Position numbers and translations under genes: made by a program
Notes under the pieces: generated by a model
Databases searched by the model: none
What the model was told of the DNA's origin: nothing
What the model saw: only the letters and a program-made list of their open reading frames with translations
Assembly: GCF_006345805.1 (NCBI RefSeq)
Contig: NW_021823844.1
Coordinates: 1 to 21,009, forward strand
Length of the DNA: 21,009 bases
Origin: Octopus sinensis
Taxonomy: Eukaryota
Direction of reading: 5' to 3'
Shown: piece by piece, positions 9,326 to 19,880 of the stretch
Numbering within the stretch: position 1 is the first letter of the stretch
Layout: the number at the start of each line of letters is the position of its first letter

Positions 9326-9329
9326 TTGC

Positions 9330-9695
9330 TACATTCATTACCACTAACATTAAAACCTCTACCAATACAATTAATACCAGCATCAACACAATTACCCCCT
9401 CGAAGTTCTTCCACCCCCGTGGACCCCCAGAAACGCCAACACAACCAACAATACCACAACCTAGGGCAATCACCACAGCGACCACTTCCACTACTTCCAT
9501 CACCACAGCCCCCCCCCCACAACCATTAACACCACAGGCAATACCATCATAATCATAACGCTCAACACCACCACCACCACCACCACAGTCACTAACTCCC
9601 AAACCACTACCACCACCACCACCGCTACCACCGCTACCACAAACTCGAACAACATCATAACTGCCACCAGCACCATCTCCACCATCATCAAAACA
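9330..9695. repeat. Degenerate ACC-rich low-complexity sequence
   Basis: (ACC)n runs and decayed variants. Continues the 8570-8930 tract across the SINE. Confidence 0.7.
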
Positions 9696-10029
9696 ATGTG
9701 TCCCTTCGTCTCCTGGGGTCAACATTCAGGAATAATTTGTGCAAAACCTATTACGTCAAATTTAGCTTCGAGCTGGTCAGTGTGTTTCCATTTATGAGAA
9801 CCAAACGGACTGGTCAGAGGTTTAAACTGGTGCTTTAGTGAACTTTTATCCCGTGTATATGGCAGGATTATGAGGTTAAAGGTTAAAGGTTAACTGGGTC
9901 AATGTATTCTGTCATGGAGGGGTTTTTAAATGTCAGGTTTACTGTAGTTTAAACACCTGCTCTCTGTGTTGGAGAAGATTGTGTGCAGTGATAGCGAATG
10001 TGACTGATAGGATATGGAGAGGTCGATAC

Positions 10030-10220
10030 ACATGGAGAAAGAAGGAGGGGAAAGGGATAGAAAATAGAAAGAGGGGAAGGAGAGAAAAGAGTGAAAGAAA
10101 GGAAGAGGACAGAAAATAGAGGGAGAGTGGAGTAGAAAATAAATAGGGAGAGAGAGAAGAAGGATGAAGTGGTAGAGAAAGAAAAATTGGAAGGATAGAG
10201 AAGGAGAGAGGGGAGGAAAT

Positions 10221-10254
<34 letters not shown>

Positions 10255-10550
10255 CTAGAGAAAGAAAGGTAAAAGGAAGATATAGGAAATAGAAAGTGGG
10301 GGTGGAGAGAAAACAAGGGGATAATGAGAGAAAATTATGAAACAAGACAGAGACAAACAGACAGACTGAGTTTGACAGACAGACAAACAGACGGACAGGG
10401 AAATGAAGAATGACACAAAAGTGAGAAAAACTCAAAGACTTCGCGAATGAGAAAGTAAGAACCATTGGAAGAACAAGAGACAAAGAGACGGGGAGGGGAG
10501 AAAGAGATGAGGGATTAGGGGTGACAAGAAAAAGAGGAGAGGTTGTTAGA
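10030..10550. repeat. Purine-rich (GA)n/(GACA)n low-complexity tract
   Basis: Almost pure A/G with a perfect (GA)n at 10224-10250. Confidence 0.85.
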
Positions 10551-10743
10551 AAAGCAGTCGATTTTATTCACTAGAAATTGGTTCGACTATGAATTGAACC
10601 CTGACCGCCGGTTCAGGCATAAGGCAATGTATTTTGAATGAGAGTCGATAAGTCGACTAAATCGATCTCTGCCTCCATTTTGCTAAACAGAATCAGATAA
10701 ACCCGCCACATCACATATCCCGGGATACTTAGACAGGGAACGA

Positions 10744-10885
10744 ATACCTATTTCTTTACTACCCACAAGGTCGATTAAATAAGTACCAGTTACGCACTGG
10801 GGTCGATATAATCGACTTAATCCGTTTGTCTGTCCTTGTTTGTCCTCTCTGTGTTTAGCCCCTTGCGGGCAGTAAAGAAATAAGA
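10744..10885. mobile_element. Rearranged SINE family B 3' fragments: a short antisense tail fused to a sense 3' half
   Basis: TATTTCTTTACTACCCACAAGG (10749-10770) is the inverted repeat of CCTTGCGGGCAGTAAAGAAATA (10861-10882). The middle matches 8275-8387. Confidence 0.85.
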
Positions 10886-11284
10886 GCCTAGAATCGCATG
10901 ATAAAGATACACAGAAGGGCGATGAGAAAGTGTAGTCGGATGAACGCCCAGACAAACAAGAGTGCGAAAGCATAGAGACGAAAGAACCACAGCGGAGAGA
11001 TGTACTGGAACAGCATGGAAATGGAAAAAGGAAGAAACTACGAGTGAAACAAAAACACGAAGTAAAACATAACGAGATTGGTTGAAGAACGGTAAGAATA
11101 TAAAATTGTGGGAAAAAACTACAACTGAAAAAAGCACATGAACATTGTAAATTATTGTAAACAAAAAGAAAATAATAAGGTAAAAGGAATTGATGAACAA
11201 ACAAGTATTTAAAATGTTTTTCATTGAAAAAAAGGACACCTGTGTACGTTCATTTTAAAGGCAGAAAACGAAAGGAAAGGTCAC

Positions 11285-11438
11285 GGTGGCTGTGTGGTAA
11301 GTAGCTTGTTTACCAACCACATGGTTCCGGGTTCAGTCCCACTGCGTGGCACCTTGGGCAAGTGTCTTCTACAAAAGCCTCGGGCCGACCAATGCCTTGT
11401 GAGTGGATTTGGTAGGCGGAAACTGAAAGAAGCCCTTC

Positions 11439-11479
<41 letters not shown>

Positions 11480-11705
11480 TGTGTGTGTTTGTGTGTCTGT
11501 GTTTGTCTCTCTAGCATTGCTTGACAACCGATGTTGGTGTGTTTATGTCCCCGTTACTTAGCGGTTTGGTAAAAGAGACCGATAGAATAAGTACTGGGCT
11601 TACAAAAGAATAAGTCCCGGGGTCGAGTTGCTCGATTAAAGGCGGTGCTCCAGCATGGCCGCAGTCAAATGACTGAAACAAGTAAAGGAGTAAAGAGTAA
11701 GAGTA
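11285..11705 (+). mobile_element. Young, near full-length SINE family A
   Basis: A-box-like GTGGCTGTGTGGTAAG, B-box-like GGTTCAGTCCC, CORE-like GGCACCTTGGGCAAGTGTCTT, internal (TA)n(TG)n, and GAGTAAA-type tail repeats. Confidence 0.93.
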
Positions 11706-11937
11706 GCGAAATAGAGGTGGTTTTAAGTTTAATTGTAAAAGTGTATTTGTAAAGTTAATTGTAAAGTTTAATCGTAAAGGTATTCACGGTTCGTCTTGCA
11801 GTGGGGGCAAGATGGCCGTCTCATTTGCATCATAATTATATTCACTTCATTATCGTTTTCCATTCGTTTCTATGTCCCCGCATGTCAGTTGTATGTCCCC
11901 ACTGTATTCAGGTCTTGTGCTTATAATAAAGAGAAAT

Positions 11938-12192
11938 AAACGTTCAAGTGGTTGAGTACTCCACAGACACGTGTACCCTTAACGCAGTTCTCATGGAGAC
12001 TCAGCGTGACACAGAGTGTGACAAGGCTGGCCCTTTGAAATACAGGCACTACTCATTTTTACCAGATGAGTGGACTGGAGCAAAGTGAAATAAAATATCT
12101 TGCTCAAGGACACAACGCATTGCCGGGAATTGAACTCACGACCTTACGACCACGAGCCGAATGCCCCTAACCACTAAGCCACGCGCCTTCAC
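11938..12192 (-). mobile_element. SINE family C (tRNA-derived, CORE-like), 3'-truncated
   Basis: The minus strand reads GAAGGCGCGTGGCTTAGTGGTTAGGG...GTGAGTTCAATTCCCGGC..GTTGTGTCCTTGAGCAAGA. Homologous to 5390-5645. Confidence 0.9.
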
Positions 12193-12677
12193 TCCAGTCA
12201 TTTAATCCCAGTTGATTGGTTGCATAAAAAGGATTCAGTTGTTAATGATACTCGTGTTTTTGTTGATATATATTATATCATAGCTTCTTTTACATTTTAC
12301 TTTGCTAGTCTTGAACACCATGCAAAGGTCACATACACTATGTTATCTCCAATGATAAGTTTACTGTATTACTACTTAGTTTTCGCAGCTTGTCGGAAGT
12401 GAGTCACTTCAGGTTTGTATCTGGAATCGGGGTGGTTTTATTTTCAGAAAAAAAGAGGTGGAGTCCCTTTAGTGTCCGTCTGTATCTCAGAAAACCCATT
12501 GTCATCCCTGATCGTTCTCCTTCTTTGGTTATTTCATGTTTCTGCGAACGTAGTTTGGTGCCAGTGTAACCAATTTTCTGCTACTTCTCGAATGATGAGC
12601 CAATAAATATTTTGTAAGATAATTCAAACATATCTAGTTGTTTTCCTTACATTAACCTGAGACATATAATGTATCGT

Positions 12678-12970
12678 GGAAGCACATGGCCTAGTGGTTA
12701 GAGCAGCGGACTCGTGGTCAAGGGATCGCGGGTTCGAATTTCAGACCTGACGATGTGTGTGTTTATGAGCGAAACACCTAAGCTCCACGCGGCTCCGGCA
12801 GAAGGTAATGGCTGACTCTTTCGCCACAACTTTCTCTCACTCTTTCCTCCTGCATCTTGCAGCTCACCTGCGACGGACCGGTGTCCAGTCTAGGTGGGAA
12901 ATCTATACGCCAAGGAAACCGGGAAACCGACCCTTATGAGCTAGGGATGGTTCGAGAAAGAACAAACAAT
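12678..12970 (+). mobile_element. SINE family D (tRNA-derived head, single copy in window, AACA-type tail)
   Basis: GGAAGCACATGGCCTAGTGGTTAGAGC (A box) and GGGTTCGAATT (B box) at tRNA-like spacing with no acceptor-stem closure, then a ~220-bp body and AACAAACAA tail. Confidence 0.8.
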
Positions 12971-14002
12971 ATAATTGTATCTCTATGGGTGAAAGTGTTT
13001 CAGTATATCCAACATTTACCCCCACCCTCATTCGCTACTTTTCGCCCGCGTGTGTGTCAGTCATAGTAAACATGTTGAATGTATTTTGTAATCAAACTTT
13101 GTTACAAGAAAGTTGTACATCAAGAAGTCAAATATCAGTAAAACTCTGTTCAAATAATTTTATGTATTTAAGTTCGTTTTATTTTTGTATTTTTCTTATT
13201 TTGTAGTCTACCGTACACTTGCCATTCATTTGTATATACACCGTGGTACATCTGCACCATGTTACGTACGAGTAGAAAATAAATGGCTCCAAAAAATTTT
13301 AAACCATTGTTCTTTGTCATCACAGTGGTGATTGTGACCCCGCTTGCTTAGATTTCTACACGAAGCAGTAACACACTGTCTTACCCCGTCTAAGTCACAA
13401 AATTCTCTTCTAAAATTACATTAGAGCGGCAGATTCGTGGAAACGTGCTGGATTACACAAATAAAAAAAAATTATAAAACTATAATTTGTAAATCTATTC
13501 AATATTAAGTGAAAAGTTTCACCAACCATCCTTTCGGACTTATCGTAATGATAATACTGGTGTTCTTGATTTTAGCTGAGCTGACCTGAGATTCGAACCT
13601 GAAATGAAACTCATAAACATAACGCGGAGTCCATTTTAGGAATGGTTTTAAGCCCAACAACTTAATCGCTAAACCACTAGGAGTCATTATTAAGGCATGG
13701 AATAGAATTATGGGATTGGGTTGGCCTTAGGGGCCAGGTTAGTTGGATACGAGTGTTATGTGTTTCATCACAGACACTGTGTTATCAGAAGAAAGGATAA
13801 GAAGCAGCGAAAATTTATAGTACAGGTAGGATAAGCCGGAATCTTGTTGTGCTAACGGGGAGAAGCTAATTCATCCATGATTTGAAACTATGACCCTTTG
13901 AACTGATCCGTGTGCGAGTGTCAGAAACCGTTACTTGTTTGGCTTTTAGCTTGACACATACATATACACACACTATTTATCAATCTTTTTTGTGCACCCC
14001 CC

Positions 14003-14017
14003 ATCTCTCTCTTTCTT

Positions 14018-14053
<36 letters not shown>

Positions 14054-14120
14054 GTCTCTCTTTCTCTGTCTCTCTCTGTGTCTCTCTCTGTCTGTCTGTC
14101 TCTCTCTCGTTCGCTCGCTC
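14003..14120. repeat. (CT)n/(CTGT)n microsatellite
   Basis: Directly visible. Confidence 0.95.
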
Positions 14121-14709
14121 CACTCAACCATTAGTGACACTACACTTTAAGCAGTACACCACAACAGAATACTCTTCCTTAAAACCTATTCCTGCACAGA
14201 TCTCTTTCTTTCTTCCCTTCTTTCATTCTTTCTTTGTTTCTTCCTTTCTCTCTTTCTTTATTTTTTTTCCTTTCCTTTCTCCTTATCAGTGTCACCTAAA
14301 GTAGCATCTCCTTTACTTTAGCATCTATCACAGAAACTAATCTACACCGTGTTCTGGTCGCAATATGTTCAAAATTATTTTTATGCCTCAAACGCAATGT
14401 GACCGTTTTTCTTTTTTATTTTATTTTATTTTATTTTATTTTACTTTCCATTTCCTTTTCTTTTTTACGATTTTCTTTTTTTTTTTTTTTTGTTTCCAAT
14501 TTTGTTCATTTTCAGAAAAGGTTTATTAAATAACTTTGCCACCAATGAGAGGTTTGTTATTCAATTTTATCTTTCTTTTTTCTTTTTATTTCTAATTTTC
14601 TAGAAAAGTTTAAATTCTCCCCCACCTCACAAAAAAATAAAGGTTCAGGGTGATTCCACGTTCTTTACCGAAATTACTTTAAATAATATTATAAGCTTTT
14701 TTCTCGTTT

Positions 14710-14758
14710 TCATCATCATCATCATCATCATCATTATTATTATTATTATTATTATTAT

Positions 14759-14811
<53 letters not shown>

Positions 14812-14826
14812 TTATATTATTATTAT
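14710..14826. repeat. Compound (CAT)n(TAT)n(TAG)n(TAT)n microsatellite
   Basis: Directly visible in-phase series of trinucleotide runs. Confidence 0.95.
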
Positions 14827-15049
14827 TTGACTACTTTCCCCTTATTTTGCCTTCTTCATTTGTTTAGTACACAAGAAAGACAAAAGGGTAAAAATTTATC
14901 TTTGTTACAGGTGCTTTTTTTTTTTTTATTAATTTAATTGCGTTCCGTTCGAAATTGGTTCCGAACAGCTGCAGTGGTATCATTTTTTTAACGATTCCTT
15001 CAAGACACTCTGCTTCAATCACTTAAACTTAGGTGCGTCATTCATCTAA

Positions 15050-16220
15050 AGTTCTTTGTTTCACTCATTTAAAGTTTCCCTCTTTTCATTCACTTCTTTC
15101 AGGCCTCTGACTCATTCAGCGAAAGTTCTCTATTTCGTTTTAGTTGTGTCTTTTAATTTAGCTAAAAAACATGTTTTTCATTGACATATTATAATTCTGT
15201 GCTTCCTTCATACATTTAAATTTCATTCAGTTAAATTTCTGTTTCATTGAATTATATTTCTCTTTTTTTTTTTTTTTGAGTTAAACTGGGATTTTCATTA
15301 AGTTATAGTCTCGTGTTCCATATATTTAAATTTTTGTAGAAATTATAACCAGCACTAATTTGTTACGAGATTTCGTATCCGAACGTGTCTAATGTAAACA
15401 ATGCAACCGAAGAAGGGGAAAATGGGTGTATATACATATTTCAGGAGTTCTTGCTATTTTTTCAGTACTACATCCAACCCAATAACCATCCACGAGCTCA
15501 TTGCTTGACTAGCCATTAAATATAGCGATGAAACATTGGATATACCAATTTTGGATGTACCAATTCTAATAAGTTTTAATGTGTTAAATTTTTATGTTTC
15601 ATTCAATTAAGTTTTTGTTTCACTGAGCTAAACTTATGCGTTTCATTGAGTGAGAGTTAAGTATTTCTTTGAGCTTAGGTTACGCATTTCATTAAGTTAT
15701 GGTTCTGTGTTCCATTCATTTAAATTTCTTTTACATTCAATTAAATTTTGTGCTTCATTGAGTTAACCTTATGTGTTTCACTGAGTGAAAGTTGCGTCTT
15801 TTATTGAGTTCAACTTCATATATTCAAATATCTTTGCTTAATTCAATTAAATTTCTCTGTTTAATTCAATTTAGTTTCTAAGTTTAACCCAATTAAATTT
15901 GTGTTTAATCCAATTAAATTTCTGTTTAATCAAATTAAATTTCTGTGTTTAATCAAAATAAATTCCTGTGTTTAACTCAATTAAATTTCTGTGTTTTATC
16001 CAATTAAATTTTTGTGTTTAGCTCAAATTTCACTGTTTAACTCAATTAAATTTTTGTGTTTAATCCAATAAAATTTTGTGTTTAGCTCAATTAAATTTCT
16101 GTTTAACTCCATTAAATTTGTGTTTCATTCAATTAAAGTTTTGTGTTTTGATCGAATTAAATTTTATATCTTTCAATGAAATAAAATTTTGCGCTTTGTT
16201 AAGATCAAGTTATGTGTTTC
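15050..16220. repeat. AT-rich 21-23-bp minisatellite, consensus about TTAATTCAATTAAATTTCTGTGT; best conserved at 15838-16165, decayed at 15050-15340 and 15570-15835
   Basis: Repeated CAATTAAATTT core at 21-23-bp spacing (about 15 units in the best block). Upstream TTCATTGAGTT...GT variants keep the same period. Confidence 0.85.
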
Positions 16221-16248
16221 GTTCAATAAGATATTGAATACTGAACAT

Positions 16249-16464
16249 TCAATAACTTTACAGCTGAAATTATCTAATAGAAACGTAAGTGCATGTATGC
16301 GGCTGAAGGAAAGACAACACTTTAAATTGGTGTATATGCATATTTCAGGAATTCTTGCTCTTTTTTAAGTGTTGTCTTTCCTTCAACCGCATACATGCAC
16401 CTATGTTTCTATCAAATAAAAGCATGTCCCGAACACTGCGTAATTTCAGCTGTACATTTATTGA
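16249..16464. repeat. Long imperfect inverted repeat (fold-back), possibly a MITE remnant
   Basis: Inner arms 16277-16322 and 16367-16412 pair at 43 of 46 positions. Outer arms 16249-16272 and 16441-16464 pair at 22 of 24. Confidence 0.9.
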
Positions 16465-16568
16465 GATCTTTCGTTACGTCCATTTATATTTTGAATATAA
16501 ATCATGCCATTGTTAAGTTTTTTCTATACATACCTGTCATTATACTGAAGTAAACAATGTACACTATC

Positions 16569-16988
16569 GGCGCAAGCATGGCTGTATGATAAAAGGTTGC
16601 CTTCCCAACCTCATGGATGTGTGTTCGGTCTCACTGCGTGGCACCTTTGGCAACTGCCTTCTACTGTATTTCTGGGTCCACCAAAGCCTTGTTAATGGAT
16701 TTGGTCGACGGAAACTGAAAGAAGCTCGTCGTATATTACATACACTCTTTTACTCTTTTACTTGTTTCAGCTCTTTGACTGCGGCCATGCTGGAGCACCG
16801 CTTTAGTCGAACAACTCGACCCCAGAACTTATACTTTGCAAGCCTAGTACTTATTCTATCGGTCTCTTTTGCCGAACCACTAAGTTACGGGGACGTAAAC
16901 ACACCAGCATCGGTTGTCAAGCGATGTTGGGAGGACAAACACAGATACACAAAACATACACACCTAAATATATATATATAATATATAT

Positions 16989-17021
<33 letters not shown>

Positions 17022-17032
17022 TACATACATAT

Positions 17033-17067
<35 letters not shown>

Positions 17068-17480
17068 CGACAGGCTTCTTTCGGTTTCCGTCTACCAAAT
17101 CCACTCACAAGGCTTTGGTCGGCCGGAGATTATACTAGAAGACACTTGCCCAAGGTGCCACGCAGTGGGACGAAACCCAGAATCCTGCGGTTCGTAAGCA
17201 AGCTACTTACCACACAGCCACTACTACGCCTATATATTATATTGTGCCTATGCGTGTGTGTGTGTGGTTGTCGTTGTGTCCGCTTTTGTCACTTATCCCC
17301 ATTTAAAAACCGGTATTGGTCTGTTTACGTCCCCGTAACTTAGCGGATCGGTAAAAGAGTACGATAGAATATATACCAACTAATTAGTACTGGAATCGAT
17401 TCGTTCGGCTAAAATTGTTCAATGTGGCAGCTCAATATGGCCGCAGTCTTGTGACTGAAACAAGTAGGAGATAAATGATA
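16569..17480 (+). mobile_element. Old SINE family A split into a 5' part (16569-16743) and 3' part (17231-17480) by a younger antisense copy
   Basis: Head GGCGCAAGCATGGCTG...GGAAACTGAAAGAAGCTCGTCGTAT. The 3' half resumes with the TA/TG tract, GTTTACGTCCCCGTAACTTAGCGG and ATGGCCGCAGTC..GACTGAAACAAGTA. Confidence 0.88.
16744..17230 (-). mobile_element. Full-length SINE family A nested in the older copy
   Basis: Tail (CTCTTTTA)n at 16744 and head ending CACACAGCCACTACTACGCC at 17230. Reverse complement of 11285-11705. Confidence 0.93.
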
Positions 17481-17481
17481 T

Positions 17482-17690
17482 CTCTTTTACTCTTTTACCT
17501 GTTTCAGTCATTTGACTACGGCCATGCTGGAGCACCGCTTTTACTCGAGCAACTCGACCCCGGGACTTATTCTTTGTAAGCCCAGTACTTATTCTATCGG
17601 TCTCTTTTGCCGAACCGCTAAGTGACGGGGACGTAAACACACCAGCATCGGTTGTCAAGCAATGCTAGAGGAACAAACACAGACACACAA

Positions 17691-17723
<33 letters not shown>

Positions 17724-17894
17724 CATATATACGACAGGCTTCTTTCAGTTTCCGTCTACCAAATCCACTCACAAGGCATTGGTCGGCCCGGGGCTATAGC
17801 AGAAGACACTTGCCCAAGATGCCACGCAGTGGGACTGAACCCGGAACCATGTGGTTGGTTAGCAAGCTACTTACCACACAGCCACTCCTGCGCC
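17482..17894 (-). mobile_element. Young full-length SINE family A
   Basis: Complete head (minus strand GGCGCAGGAGTGGCTGTGTGGTAAG), internal microsatellite and tail. Confidence 0.94.
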
Positions 17895-18446
17895 TATATG
17901 AAATTTGTGACAAGAAACATTTAATTAATTATATATTTAATGAATATATATCTCGAACGATATCGATAATGATTGATGAACAGAAGTGAGACCATAATCA
18001 CGGAAAAATAATGGATTCACCAGCAACCAGGAAGCTATTGAATCTGTCTATGTATCCTACTTGGTTTTGCAGCAGTCATGTCTGTAATATTTAATCAGTG
18101 AAATAAATTAATTCATTTTTCAATTATATTCTCAGATTTAGAAGTGATTACACTCTTATCACTAGCAAGAGTCATTAATTTCATGCAGAACCTTCGATAA
18201 CGTTTAAAAGATTACTACAGCTTAAGGTAAGATTTTTAACCCCCTAATCCGATACGTATATAATTTTGTTGATCGAACAGCAAAATTTTCATTGTCATTA
18301 TATAGGGTGTTCAAAAAGCCTCTTCTCAGTAAGCATTTAATGGTTTTCGGGAGATTCTTGTACACTGATCCTTTCCTTGCTCCCCAGAAAAAATGTCTGA
18401 CGGTGTTAAATTAGGTGATCTTGGTGGTCAAAATTCCTTCGAAATA

Positions 18447-19729
18447 CAAGGGGCGTTCAATAAGTAATGCCCCTGACACACTTCCCATAGCAGTAGAGCA
18501 ACGAAACTTGGCACAGTTATTAGTCTTTTCCTACATAGGAAGCACCCAGAGTTATGTATTTCTCCCATCGTTTGATGCAGCTCTGGAGACCGTTTTTTTA
18601 GAAGACCCCAGTTTGGTCCTCCAACCACGACGTGACTTCAGAAATCAAGGCTGCATAATCTGGGAAACGCTTTCCTTTAAAAAACAACTTCATGGCTGGG
18701 AAGAGGTGAAAATCAGAGGGTGCAAGGTCAGGAGAGTAGGGGTGGGGGAAGAGTCCTTAGCCGCACGCCTGTGCTTCTGATCTGGCGACAAGCGAGTTGT
18801 GGACCGGAGCGTTGTCCTGCAGGAGAAGGATGCCTTTGCTGATCTTGCCCCGCCTCTTGATAGCTTCTCTTAATTTCCTCAAAAGTGAAGCATAACAGGC
18901 TCCTGTAAATGTGGCACCCTTTTCCAGGGAATCTGTCATCACTACTCCGTCGTGGTCCCAGAAGACTGTGAGCATGACCTTGCCAGCGGAGGGCTGCACC
19001 CTTGCCTTCTTTGGAGGAGGTGAGTCACGGTGCTTCCACTGCATTGACTGGGCTTTGGTCTCTGGATCATAGTGATGGACCCAGGTTTCATCCGGTGTAA
19101 TCAGTCTTTTGAAAAATTTTGACTCATCTTCTTGGCACATTTCCAAATTCATCCTCGAGCACTCAACGCGTTCTTGCTTCTGGAAAGGTGTGAGCAACCT
19201 GGGAATCCATCTGGCAGACACCTTTTGCATATGCAAATGGTCATTAATGATAGTTTCCACAGACCCGGTACTAATCTTGACCTCATGGGCTATTTGGCGA
19301 ATAATTATGCGTCGATCTTCCAAAATGGCAGCCTCAACTTGACGGACAGATGCCTCGTCAATGGCAGAAGGGGGCGACCAGATCTGGGAGCTGTTTCCAC
19401 AGAGTTCCGACCATATTTGAATTCACGATGCCAGCGTTTTACAAGGTCATATGATGGGGCATCATCACCATAAGTTACTTTCATTTCATCAAAAGTCTCC
19501 CGTGGTGTGCGTCCTTTCAAATACAACAACCGGATCACTGCTCGACACTCAACAGGCTCCATTTCACACTTGACTCGGTTCAAACACCTGTAAATCAGAA
19601 ACCACAATTAGTTCAGAGCTGTAATTGGCAACTTAATCTATAGAGATATAAATAATTGCACAAGCAAAATTTCAGCTAGATCAAACAAGTGCAAGTGGGT
19701 CAGAGGCATTACTTATTGAACGTCCCTTG
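18447..19729 (-). mobile_element. Full-length mariner-like element (1,283 bp), irritans/Hsmar2-like
   Basis: 31-bp TIRs CAAGGGGCGTTCAATAAGTAATGCCCCTGAC (18447-18477) and 19699-19729 (2 mismatches), TA target duplication at 18445-18446 and 19730-19731, and an internal transposase. Confidence 0.97.
18520..19562 (-). pseudogene. Inactivated mariner transposase (DD34D class)
   Basis: ATG at 19562 (MEPVECRAVIR..., HTH region, PRSGRP), WIPRLL, ITPDETW, QDNA and YSPDLAPSDF motifs, stop at 18520-18522. Frameshift near 19370 and in-frame TAA at 18757-18759 and 18598-18600. Confidence 0.95.
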
Positions 19730-19817
19730 TAATCCGTTCACGGAAAAACTCTTGAAGTAGAGCCATGGTGATGCGCAAGATAAAGATTTACTACGAAGAG
19801 ACTTTTTGAACACCCTG

Positions 19818-19880
19818 TATATATATATATTAGTATATATATATATTATATATATATATATATTATATATATATAATAAT
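19818..19880. repeat. (TA)n microsatellite beginning at the MITE's right TA flank
   Basis: Directly visible. Confidence 0.9.

Larger units (their letters stand above)
18303..19817. mobile_element. Non-autonomous Tc1/mariner-type MITE (~230 bp once the nested mariner is removed)
   Basis: Left end TAGGGTGTTCAAAAAGCCTCTTC. Right end reverse-complements to CAGGGTGTTCAAAAAGTCTCTTC (21 of 23 match, looser match to ~36 bp). TA flanks at 18301-18302 and 19818-19819. Confidence 0.85.

Noticed and set aside
8723-9552. Mucin-like Thr/Pro-rich ORFs on either side of the antisense SINE
   Set aside because: Degenerate ACN repeats that read into SINE sequence; no splice signals or signal peptide identified.
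9926-11239. Long F/L/S-rich minus-strand ORFs resembling membrane proteins
   Set aside because: Reverse translation of GA-rich low-complexity DNA and SINE fragments.
13575-13690. Minus-strand GGTTCGAATC B-box with a possible A-box ~70 nt upstream
   Set aside because: No cloverleaf and no match to SINE families in the window; too weak to call.
15838-16165. Regularly spaced short repeats superficially like a CRISPR array
   Set aside because: Units are contiguous with no unique spacers, there are no cas genes, and the context is eukaryotic; it is a minisatellite.
18520-19562. Domesticated transposase or SETMAR-like gene
   Set aside because: Frameshift, two internal stops, intact TIRs with TA duplication and no SET exon indicate a dead transposon copy.
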